From Calditrichia bacterium (GTDB lineage Bacteria; Calditrichota; Calditrichia; RBG-13-44-9), in NCBI GenBank assembly GCA_037381445.1, contig JARRQT010000160.1, positions 1 to 11,374 of the forward strand: a stretch of DNA of 11,374 nt, written 5' to 3'. The translations under genes and the position numbers were made by a program. Shown one piece after another: positions 1 through 7,891 of the stretch. Position 1 is the first letter of the stretch. Each line of letters begins with the position of its first letter. The notes below the pieces were generated by a model. It did no database searches and had not been told where the DNA came from. It saw only the letters and a list, made by a program, of their open reading frames with translations.

Positions 1-669
1 GTAGGTGATATCAGCCCCACCATTCACCACTGCCGCCCCATGAACCGGGGCGGTGGCTCCGGTAATGGTCAGAACATCTCCCGCATCCACATCACTGTCG
101 TTGGCAAGGACGTCCACCGTCACCGGGCTGTCTTCCGCGGTCGTTTCCGCATCATCCACCGCTACCGGCGCGTCGTTCACATTGGTCACCGTTATCCGCA
201 CCCGCGCCGTGGCCGTGCCCCCATGCCCATCGCTGATGGTGTAGTCAAAACTGTCCGCTCCAAAGAAGTTAGCAGCCGGCGTGTAGGTGATATCAGCGCC
301 GCCGTTCACTACTGCCGCGCCAAGAACCGGCGTGGTCGCTCCGGTGATGGTCAGAACATTCCCTTCCACATCGCTGTCATTGGCAAGGACATCTATCCTC
401 ACCGCTGTTTCCTCGGCAGTCGTCTCCGCATCATCCACCGCTACCGGCGCATCATTCACCGCCGTCACCGTAACCCGCACCCGCGCCGTGGCGGACCCGC
501 CATGCCCGTCACTGATGCTGTAGTCAAAACTGTCGGCTCCAAAGAAGTTGGACGCCGGCGTGTAGGTGATATCAGCCCCGCCATTCACTACTGCCGTGCC
601 GTGAACCGGGGTGGTCGCTCCGGTAATGGTCAGAACATCTCCCGCATCCACATCACTGTCGTTGGCAAG
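1..669 (-). CDS. Repeat region of a large surface adhesin: tandem Big_9/cadherin-like (tandem-95 type) repeats; runs off the left edge and has no start codon of its own
   Basis: Not in the ORF track. Manual translation from 669 to 1 is open for 223 codons: [106 protein letters not shown]... It has the typical [17 protein letters not shown], YTPxxNFxGxDSFxY and SDGxGG motifs. It is out of frame with 653..1999. Confidence 0.92.
1..669. repeat. Intragenic tandem repeat, about 2.4 units of 279-282 bp
   Basis: GTAGGTGATATCAGC starts at 1, 283 and 562 (periods 282 and 279 bp, 94 and 93 codons). 56-108 and 617-669 are identical over 53 bp. Confidence 0.95.
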
Positions 670-1999
670 TATAATCTTGAGTATCGGCTGCTCCATTCAG
701 GTCCGTCACTTCGACCGTGACGGAATAGTCACCCACATCACTGTTTGTGGGCGTTCCGCTCACAACACCTGAGTTGGGATCAATGGAAAGAAAACCTGCC
801 GTTGTGCTGAGAGAATATGTCAACACTTCTCCGGCGTCGGGATCTGCTGCATTTACATCATAGCTGTAAAGCGCATCTTGATCGACAGATTCGACAGGTG
901 TTGAAGTAATCTGCGGTGCGGTGTTCAGATATTCATACGGTCCCATATCCGTGACAGGCTCACCATTCCGATCACCATCAAAGGGACGCGCATTACCATC
1001 AAAATCCACCGCGGGAGCATCCGTATTAGTCCCTGCGTCGACAATAGGTGAGGTCGCCTGAACATGAAAATCAACAGTCGCAGGATCCTGAAACTGGGGA
1101 TCAATATCTATATTTCCGGTGCCGGGAAACCCACCAGCTACATCGCTATTTTCAACAACAATTGGAAAACCCCCATCAGCAATTTCTGCAATTCCATTTG
1201 TTGAAGTATTATTCCAGAAAACCGAATTCCGAATTGCGACATTATTCGTATTATCATTTATGTAAAGACCGCCACCACTCAGCCCGGCATGATTACCATA
1301 GAAAAGATTATTGAACATCTGGATATCTGAATTGGAATAGAAACTGATCCCGCCGCCATTTGCAGCTCTGTTTCCATATATAAGATTATTTTCAATTATT
1401 GGATCGTCGGCGCCTGTGGCTGCACTTCCGTTCAAACCAATGCCACCGCCAAGATTGCCCGCGATATTATTAGAGATAATACTGGATGTGATTTCAGCTT
1501 TGGAACTGCCAAAGATAAAAATTCCCGCACCAAATTCACCATTATTCTTGATTATCCGGCAATGGCTGATTTGCGGCGAAGAACTTTCGATTATTATGCC
1601 ACCGCCATGATAATCAACAACACCCCCGTAATGAGATGAACCATCCGCGCGACCATCCTGGATACGACAATATTCGAGTATGCTGGTGGTCCCTTCCTGC
1701 AGGAAATCCAGACCATAATGGAAAGAATCCGGATTTTCATGCTTAAAAATAATTGAATCCTCGGCAGTTCCCTGGGCAAGCATTGTTCCGGTCACCAAAA
1801 TCCGGTACCGTCCGGAAAAATCGACTTCCACCCCCGGATCGATAGTTAAAGTATCACCTGCCGGAATTTCCACATCTCCAACAATCGTATAAGGCGAGTT
1901 GTCAAAAGTCCAAGCCCCGCTCTGAGGACCGCTCACATCGGCTGCCCATAGTCCGACAGCGAAGATTAATGTCAGAAGTACTGTAAGCAGTTTCTTCAT
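653..1999 (-). CDS. N-terminal part of a secreted adhesin-like protein: signal peptide, right-handed parallel beta-helix, choice-of-anchor-Q-like segment, putative Ig (He_PIG-like) domain; ends early by frameshift into the repeat array
   Basis: Signal peptide [19 protein letters not shown]; repeated GGGI / NNLxYGN / NSVFWNN motifs; DPQF...[13 protein letters not shown]...DFDGNAR...[17 protein letters not shown]...LTYSL...GVVSGTP...VTVEVTD. The last residues CQRQ* are read out of frame inside the repeat. Confidence 0.88.
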   Translation of the reverse strand: MKKLLTVLLTLIFAVGLWAADVSGPQSGAWTFDNSPYTIVGDVEIPAGDTLTIDPGVEVDFSGRYRILVTGTMLAQGTAEDSIIFKHENPDSFHYGLDFLQEGTTSILEYCRIQDGRADGSSHYGGVVDYHGGGIIIESSSPQISHCRIIKNNGEFGAGIFIFGSSKAEITSSIISNNIAGNLGGGIGLNGSAATGADDPIIENNLIYGNRAANGGGISFYSNSDIQMFNNLFYGNHAGLSGGGLYINDNTNNVAIRNSVFWNNTSTNGIAEIADGGFPIVVENSDVAGGFPGTGNIDIDPQFQDPATVDFHVQATSPIVDAGTNTDAPAVDFDGNARPFDGDRNGEPVTDMGPYEYLNTAPQITSTPVESVDQDALYSYDVNAADPDAGEVLTYSLSTTAGFLSIDPNSGVVSGTPTNSDVGDYSVTVEVTDLNGAADTQDYTCQRQ

Positions 2000-2003
2000 T
2001 ATA

Positions 2004-2010
2004 CTCCTCC
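2004..2010 (-). promoter_or_regulatory. Shine-Dalgarno site of the adhesin gene
   Basis: Minus strand reads GGAGGAG-TATA-ATG with the ATG at 1999. Confidence 0.8.
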
Positions 2011-2330
2011 GTATTATGTTTATGGTTGTATATTATGAGAATTCTACTTTGAACAACTAAAACAGACCATACTTTTATGCTTTTAATGGCAAGAGAATAT
2101 TTTAATTTAGAAAATTTTACCTAATTGCACCAAATATTCTCGGAACATTTTGGCGGAACTTTAGGAAAAAAATGGAAAATGAAAACTTTTTTCGATAGCT
2201 GATTTGAAGCGATCTTAATTGATACGGGACGTTCTTAAGACCTGAAAAACGGAACAACCTTTTTGATCAGAGCTTTGCGACATAAGATTTAGAAAAGAAA
2301 ATTACTCAGGGCTGCAATAGCAATGGTTTT

Positions 2331-2987
2331 TCACCGCTCGATAAGCTCGGACACCAAAGCAAAGTCAAATCCTTTACTTTTGGTGAAATGAATAAAATTC
2401 GGCAGCATTTTAATTGTTTCAGGGATCATATCATGTAATAAAATAATTTCACCACCGGTATAATGATAACCTATTAGAAATTCAAGAATCTTTTGAGAAT
2501 CCAGTTTCAGAAAATCTTCCGAGTCAACGGTCCAAAATATCAACCTAATATTCCTGCGAAAAAGTCGCGGCAGGAGCCGCCAACGGATGTTTCCTTTCGG
2601 CGGACGAAAGAAAAGACTTTCCTGGTCGCCAATGAATGCGTTTATTGTCCCAAAACCTTTTTCTATTTCTTTTAAAGCCTGTTGATTTGACAGCCCGTTA
2701 AAATCGGCATGAGAAAAAGTGTGGTTTCCAATCAAATGACCCTCGTCCCGGATTTGTTTTGCGATCCGGGGGAAAGCTGCGATATTTTCCCCCAACAGGA
2801 AGAAATTTGCTGCCACTTTGTTCTCCCGCAAAATTTTCAGGAGTTCTGGTGTGTGCTCAGTGGGGCCGTCGTCAAATGTCAGGGCTATTTTCTTGTATTT
2901 TCCGGTGCCTTTAAAAATGATGTAACGGTTCAGCAAAGGTGTGCGGTCTATTATGTTTTTTGTGAAGCGTTTTATAAAGTCATTCAT
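2331..2987 (-). CDS. Polysaccharide deacetylase (carbohydrate esterase family 4, NodB homology domain)
   Basis: All CE4 motifs present: TFDDGP, GNHTFSH, FRPPKG, WTVDSEDF, IILLHD; 218 aa. Confidence 0.93.
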   Translation of the reverse strand: MNDFIKRFTKNIIDRTPLLNRYIIFKGTGKYKKIALTFDDGPTEHTPELLKILRENKVAANFFLLGENIAAFPRIAKQIRDEGHLIGNHTFSHADFNGLSNQQALKEIEKGFGTINAFIGDQESLFFRPPKGNIRWRLLPRLFRRNIRLIFWTVDSEDFLKLDSQKILEFLIGYHYTGGEIILLHDMIPETIKMLPNFIHFTKSKGFDFALVSELIER

Positions 2988-3025
2988 CCTGCAAATCCAT
3001 TTCTGTGCGGCAAGATTTAAAATAG

Positions 3026-3588
3026 CTAATCGTTTTTCACCCCGTTGGTTTTGCAGACATTGGATAGCGTTTTGATTAGACTTACCGCGGCTCTTTCAGC
3101 CCCAAGCGAGTTTAAATGGCCGCCATCATCCGAATAATCCCAAATCAGGCTGAAATATTTTTTGCCGTTAGCATCATGGATTTGGCGGCGTCCATCCGGG
3201 AAGGTGGATTCGACAGCTGCCAGATCAAAAATAGGCTCGGTCTTAAATGATTCTCTTCTTGAAAATCCTTGCACTTTAGTTCCGGCTGCTGATTTCGGCC
3301 AATTTTTCCTTCTGCAAAAAAATGAGCAGGTAGTTTTTCATCATCCATTGGTGTAACGATGTGAAAATCTGCTTCACTGTTTTGTTGAGCAATATCTTTT
3401 AAAGCCTCTACAATATTTTGGCCGACAGATTGATGCCCGAAAAAAATGCGTTTTGTCGCAAGAATTTTTAGATCGTTTCTGATTTCCATTGACTTCCCTT
3501 CAATTATGCTGTGTTTTTGATCACAATTCATGCAAAAGAGCAAAATCAATTGTAAGACAACGATTTTGCGGATACCGGCAACTGACAT
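3026..3588 (-). pseudogene. Split SGNH-like exported protein (paralog of 3810..4994) with a frameshifting internal deletion near 3254-3262; may be an assembly artefact
   Basis: ORF 3145..3588 gives the N-half (hydrophobic leader, RIFFGHQSVGQNI...IGRNQQPELKCKDF). ORF 3026..3274 gives the C-half (EPIFDLAAVES...NGKKY...DYSDDGGHLN). Both match the neighbour (KMYFGHASIGGQI...IGPNGDPLAK; LFDLADIES...NGKTY...TDDGAHLN), but the middle of about 89 aa is absent. GAGG RBS at 3597-3600. Confidence 0.85.
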
Positions 3589-3809
3589 TTTTCGATCCTC
3601 AATCTGACCTAAAATTATTTAATCAGTAATTGACTTATTGAATCACAATGATTTTTGTATGTAAAAGGAAAAATTTTTGCACAGGAGGGGACTTCACATA
3701 ACAAGGTGCCATCTTCCCTTCGTGAGAAAAGAGGACGCCATTTCGATCCCAAACCGATCGCGACCTGCTGCCCTAAAAACTTTATTGTTTTCCTGCGTTT
3801 GGCATTTGA

Positions 3810-4994
3810 CTACTTAATCAAAATCATTCGTCCGCTTTTGGTTTTATATCCCCTGGAATTCTGGTCATGAATATTTATTTTATAAAAATATATCCCGGAA
3901 GGCATTTCATTGCCAGCCCAGGTCAGATGGTGAATCCCGGGCGAAAGATGATTTTCGTTTTGTGTTGAAACGTGATCTCCCAAAACATTAAAAACCTCAA
4001 GCGAAACGTCTGCTGAACGAGGCAGATCAACCTCAAAAGTCGTCGCAGGATTGAAAGGATTTGGGTAATTATCACTAATTGCATATTCCTTTACGAACTG
4101 ACCTTTAGGATTTAAAGATTCAACAGGTGACGAACCGGAGGTAATTGCAACCCACAAATTCCACATGGCGCGCGCAAGGTGATCTTTGCCCTTGTCATTC
4201 AGATGGGCGCCATCATCGGTAGTCCAACCGTCATTTGCATAATTATCGGCCACAAACCATGCCTTGGCGTAGGTCTTTCCATTATAACTGAATGATTGGT
4301 AATTTCCCTGGTCATCGTAAGACTCAATATCTGCCAGGTCGAATAGAATTCCGCCATTTTTTTGAACGTAATTCCGGATTTTTGCATTCATCTCGTTCCG
4401 CACAACATTTTCTGCCATGCGGCGGTCAGTAGTCAAGTTGCCCTGCAGCGGCACAGTGAAGTAAACAAACTTGCAATTTGGATACTGAGTAATGATTGAA
4501 TTGACCGTCGTGATGTAAGTATCAAAAATGTTGTCAATATTGCTGTTTTCGTCAAAATCAACATAACAAAATTTAAAATAAGCAATATCGAGTGTATTTC
4601 CCCACTCATGGCCATTTGCATCCGTACTCTGAATAAAATTCTTGAAACGCTCTACCTTGGCCAGGGGATCGCCGTTTGGACCTATATAATAATCGATGAG
4701 GCCGGGATCGCTCAAAGCAGAAGGCTCTACGGTAACTCTCAACGAATACCGCGCAGATTCGTTTTTGGATAAATCCCGAATGCCATCGAGAATCTGGCCA
4801 CCAATAGAGGCATGTCCAAAATACATTTTTTTGCTGCGAATAACGTCCAGTTCATTTTGCGTGCAGGCAGCGGGACTCCAGTTGGAGTGGTTTATCACCT
4901 TCGCCTCCTGTGCAAAACTCAGAGATTGAAGGCCAACACAAAAAAATAAGCCGGATATTGCAGCTGAAATAATTCTGTATATTTTCTTTTTCAT
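3810..4994 (-). CDS. Secreted SGNH/GDSL-like putative esterase with a C-terminal T9SS type A-like (FlgD-Ig-like) sorting domain
   Basis: Preferred start is ATG 4994 (GGGAGA RBS upstream; 394 aa). Signal peptide ends SFA|QE. FGHAS at 4820-4806 and DGAH at 4214-4203 resemble SGNH block I Ser and DxxH. C-terminus: NYPNPFNPATT...VFNVLG...MPSGIYFY...RMILIK. Confidence 0.8.
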   Translation of the reverse strand: MKKKIYRIISAAISGLFFCVGLQSLSFAQEAKVINHSNWSPAACTQNELDVIRSKKMYFGHASIGGQILDGIRDLSKNESARYSLRVTVEPSALSDPGLIDYYIGPNGDPLAKVERFKNFIQSTDANGHEWGNTLDIAYFKFCYVDFDENSNIDNIFDTYITTVNSIITQYPNCKFVYFTVPLQGNLTTDRRMAENVVRNEMNAKIRNYVQKNGGILFDLADIESYDDQGNYQSFSYNGKTYAKAWFVADNYANDGWTTDDGAHLNDKGKDHLARAMWNLWVAITSGSSPVESLNPKGQFVKEYAISDNYPNPFNPATTFEVDLPRSADVSLEVFNVLGDHVSTQNENHLSPGIHHLTWAGNEMPSGIYFYKINIHDQNSRGYKTKSGRMILIK

Positions 4995-5012
4995 GGTATC
5001 TCCCATCTGTGC

Positions 5013-5206
5013 TAGTGTAAAATTTTTTCGCAAATAAATAATTTCTGCAATTCCCCGAAAATCGGCGGAAAAGCGGGATGCCTTGTCTCATCCTTGCCAG
5101 AAGCCACTATATTTAATAAAAAATCAGCGGCATCTCAAACTGGCCTCCCAAATAGCAGAAACACCATCATTAGGAATGGCTAAAATTATGCCAGAATTTT
5201 ACACTA
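5013..5206. mobile_element. Possible MITE-like 194-bp element bounded by perfect 12-bp inverted repeats
   Basis: TAGTGTAAAATT at 5013-5024 and its exact reverse complement AATTTTACACTA at 5195-5206; both outer ends are TA. It fills almost the whole gap between 4994 and 5217. No second copy or transposase in the window. Confidence 0.35.
5179..5194 (-). promoter_or_regulatory. Candidate sigma-54 (-24/-12) promoter
   Basis: Minus strand CTGGCATAATTTTAGC has GG-N10-GC spacing and resembles TGGCAC-N5-TTGC. It lies about 185 bp upstream of ATG 4994. Confidence 0.35.
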
Positions 5207-5216
5207 TTGTGTTATC

Positions 5217-6566
5217 CTACTCCTGGATTTTATTGATGGCAAAACGATATTTCCCCGACGCGGTTGGTTCAACCTTTTCAATCTTTTCAATTTCATATTT
5301 CATCGACGCGCCGAATCGCTCCAATACCAGCCTGTTTATTTCTGCCATACTTTTGTCATTGAAATCGGGTGCGGAGACGATCCGCAGCCGCAGAAAATCT
5401 TTTTTCTCCTGGACAATTTGCACCTGCTCCAGACCGGGAATAAGAGTTGCAAAATTTTCGGTTAACGAGATTCCCGAAATCCACTGCCCTTCCGGACTGA
5501 TTAAATAGTCCGCAATCCTGCCGGAAATACTCTTAAGCAAGGGATAAGTCCTGCCACAGGAGCAGGCTTTTTCTTCCGCCACCGCCATGTCCCCCACCTG
5601 GTAACGAATAAAGGGCATCACCATATTACGAAGGTCAGTCACAATCACTGCGCCTTCATTTTCTGTCGTTGCCTGTTTCGTACTCCCAACCACTTCAACA
5701 ACCAGTGAATCGGAATTCGTGTGCAAACCCTGATGTGCTTCGCACTCGCTGGCAATCAGGCTCACTTCTTCACAACCGTAGCGATCAAATAATCTGGAGC
5801 CAAAAACCTGTTCGCATTTTTCGCGCTCATGGGAATGAAGCACCATGGCTGTGCTGATAATTCCCTTAAAAGAAATTTGCGGCAGGTTCTCGTTCTCCCA
5901 AAATTTTGCAAAGAGGTAGAGCGAGTGAGCATGGCCAAAGAGAAGGGTGGGGCGTTTTTTCAGAATTCGCCGCGCGAAATCTTTCATCATGGCTTCATCC
6001 ATTTTCAGCGTGTCCAGGTAAAGTCCACGCTCCAGCAAATAATTACGCAAATAGCCCCGCCAGCTCTTTTTGTACTCCGGATTCCCCCACACCATCGCCT
6101 GCCATTCACCCAACCGCCAGCCTGACCATTGATCGCGGTAAAGCGTCACGCCGCGCTTAAATTGAAATTCGGAATCACTCGAATAAAAACTTAATGAAAC
6201 TCCGGTCGAACCGCTTGTTTTCCTCGGCACAAAATCGCTGCGGTCAGCATTTTGTGCTATTAATTCCATAGCGTTTTCGCGTATTTCCTTTTTGGTGAGA
6301 ACAGGAACGGCTTCAAAATCTTCCCAAGTTTTTAAATCCCCGGGATGAAAACCGACCGCCTGGTATTTTTTCCGGTAGTACGGACAATGTTCAAAAGCGG
6401 AATGGACAATGAGTTTCAACAGTTCCCATTGGGTTTCCCGTCGTTCTTCCAGACTCAAGCTCTCCGCCTTTTTTAATTCACGGCTGATTTTTATATAATC
6501 AGATTTTTCATGACTCGCCCACAGCGGTGCAATGTAATTTTCTACTATAGCAGAAGATAAACTCAT
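5217..6566 (-). CDS. Phenylacetate-CoA ligase family / CapK-like adenylate-forming enzyme
   Basis: ANL motifs KTSGSTG, RYGCEE, RYQVGD, GRIAD and SGKYR; N-terminal CPYYRKKY...VPVLTK; 449 aa. Confidence 0.92.
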   Translation of the reverse strand: MSLSSAIVENYIAPLWASHEKSDYIKISRELKKAESLSLEERRETQWELLKLIVHSAFEHCPYYRKKYQAVGFHPGDLKTWEDFEAVPVLTKKEIRENAMELIAQNADRSDFVPRKTSGSTGVSLSFYSSDSEFQFKRGVTLYRDQWSGWRLGEWQAMVWGNPEYKKSWRGYLRNYLLERGLYLDTLKMDEAMMKDFARRILKKRPTLLFGHAHSLYLFAKFWENENLPQISFKGIISTAMVLHSHEREKCEQVFGSRLFDRYGCEEVSLIASECEAHQGLHTNSDSLVVEVVGSTKQATTENEGAVIVTDLRNMVMPFIRYQVGDMAVAEEKACSCGRTYPLLKSISGRIADYLISPEGQWISGISLTENFATLIPGLEQVQIVQEKKDFLRLRIVSAPDFNDKSMAEINRLVLERFGASMKYEIEKIEKVEPTASGKYRFAINKIQE

Positions 6567-6730
6567 TACCTAATCGACCTTTTCTTTTGTCAAATCAATA
6601 ATTAAAACATTTTTGTATAAACGTCGTTAATACGGAAAGATTGCAGGATATGGTCTACCCTGACAATTTTGCAATCCCCATTACGGAGCCAAACATCTGC
6701 ATGCGGATTTTCAATTTCCCTGCAATGCTG

Positions 6731-6749
6731 AAAATTCGTTAATAACGAA
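6731..6749 (-). terminator. Weak hairpin plus T tract after the GT4 stop
   Basis: Minus strand TTCGTT-ATT-AACGAA followed by TTTT, 8 nt after the stop at 6758. The stem is AT-rich, so it could instead be a palindromic protein-binding site. Confidence 0.25.
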
Positions 6750-6757
6750 CCTACAAT

Positions 6758-7891
6758 TCAGGTTCCTTTATTGAGAAGATTCAAATAGAACAGCTCATAC
6801 TTTTGGATGAAAGAGTTTAGAGAAAATAAATTTCTAGCCCGTTCCGCATTACTTTGACAGATTGTCTCTAATAACAATTTGTTTTGAAGCAGATTAAGGA
6901 TTGCCTCGGCCATTGCGCTATCGTCGCCTACTGGTACAATCAAACCATTTTCTCCCTCAATAACAATTTCATGAATCCCGCCGGTATCCGTGCAAACAAC
7001 AGGCAGTCCCGCTGCCATGTACTCGATGACCGCATTGGACATACTTTCCGACCTGGAAGATAGGACGCCAATATTAAGTGATTTCAGAAATGGCGTAACC
7101 GGATTTACCTGCCCGGCAAAATGGACAATATGGTTAAGGTTTAATTCATTCACCAGCCTTTGCAGTTTTTCCTCTTCCGGTCCTTCGCCGGCGATCAAAA
7201 ATCTGACGTCGTCTATTTTTTTATGAACCTTTTCCGCCGCTCTGATAAAAACATCGATTCCCTTAACTTCGCGCAGGTTGGCCACAATGCCTATACTCGA
7301 CATTGCGGGTGTAATCCCATACTGCTCACGGTAGGAGATGTTTCCATTATTAAGGGAGTCATAAAACTCTTTCAAATCCAGTCCATTATATATCACGCTG
7401 ATCCTTTCGGCATCGACTTTCTCATTCTTTACCGTAAACAATTTTGTATTCTCAGCATTGGCAAGAATATGAGTGGTCATTTTATTAAGGATTTTGGAAA
7501 GTGCTATTTCAAATCCATTAAACCAATAACCCTGGTTGCGCCGGCTTGAAATAATGCAGCCGGTACCCGCCAGTCTTGCTGCAAGAATGCCGGCCAGGTT
7601 GGAATCCCTAAATTGGGTCTGGACGATATGAAAACCGTTATTTTTCAGATACCGTGAAAACGCAATAATTTTATAATAGGATGACGGATTGAAAAAAGAG
7701 CCAATTCTCAATATATGCAATGGGCTCAAATCATATTTTTCCTCAAGCCAGCGGGAAGAACGCAGGCAAACCAGGTGAGGCTCAAAAGTCTCTTTATTCA
7801 AATTTTTTATTAAAAGAATTAACTGTTTTTCAGTTCCTGCAGTCGGAGACTCGATCGTGTCAATAACATAGGCGATCTTTATCCTATCCAC
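6758..7891 (-). CDS. GT4 family glycosyltransferase (GT-B fold)
   Basis: KIAYVI...AGTEKQ, VIYNGLD, VANLREVKG, AGEGP, ESMSNAVIE (EX7E), GLPVVCTDTGG. GTG start with AGGGAG RBS. Confidence 0.95.
   Translation of the reverse strand: MDRIKIAYVIDTIESPTAGTEKQLILLIKNLNKETFEPHLVCLRSSRWLEEKYDLSPLHILRIGSFFNPSSYYKIIAFSRYLKNNGFHIVQTQFRDSNLAGILAARLAGTGCIISSRRNQGYWFNGFEIALSKILNKMTTHILANAENTKLFTVKNEKVDAERISVIYNGLDLKEFYDSLNNGNISYREQYGITPAMSSIGIVANLREVKGIDVFIRAAEKVHKKIDDVRFLIAGEGPEEEKLQRLVNELNLNHIVHFAGQVNPVTPFLKSLNIGVLSSRSESMSNAVIEYMAAGLPVVCTDTGGIHEIVIEGENGLIVPVGDDSAMAEAILNLLQNKLLLETICQSNAERARNLFSLNSFIQKYELFYLNLLNKGT

Noticed and set aside
1..669. Repeats as a CRISPR array or DGR template/variable pair
   Set aside because: Units are 279-282 bp in-frame coding repeats with no unique spacers; differences are not adenine-specific; no cas or reverse transcriptase gene is present.
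40..720. 226-aa Arg/His-rich plus-strand ORF, and ORFs 53..244 and 287..523
   Set aside because: Antisense shadows of the minus-strand repeat frame, which gives a recognisable protein family.
3695..3711. Minus-strand TGGCACCTTGTTATG as a sigma-54 promoter
   Set aside because: Good -24 box but TG instead of the required GC at -12.
4995..5033. Longer starts in the ORF track (5033 here and 11242 for the last GT4)
   Set aside because: ATGs at 4994 and 11194 have Shine-Dalgarno sites and family-typical N-termini; the 11242 start would overlap the upstream CDS ending at 11202.
5217..6566. Calling the ligase paaK of phenylacetate catabolism
   Set aside because: No paa genes are nearby; the glycosyltransferase context fits the CapK-like subgroup, so no symbol is assigned.
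6602..6760. TGA of the GT4 followed by 51 open in-frame codons and a small hairpin (selenocysteine or readthrough?)
   Set aside because: The GT4 fold is already complete at the TGA, the hairpin is short, AT-rich and lacks a SECIS-like G-containing loop, and the extension resembles nothing I recognise.
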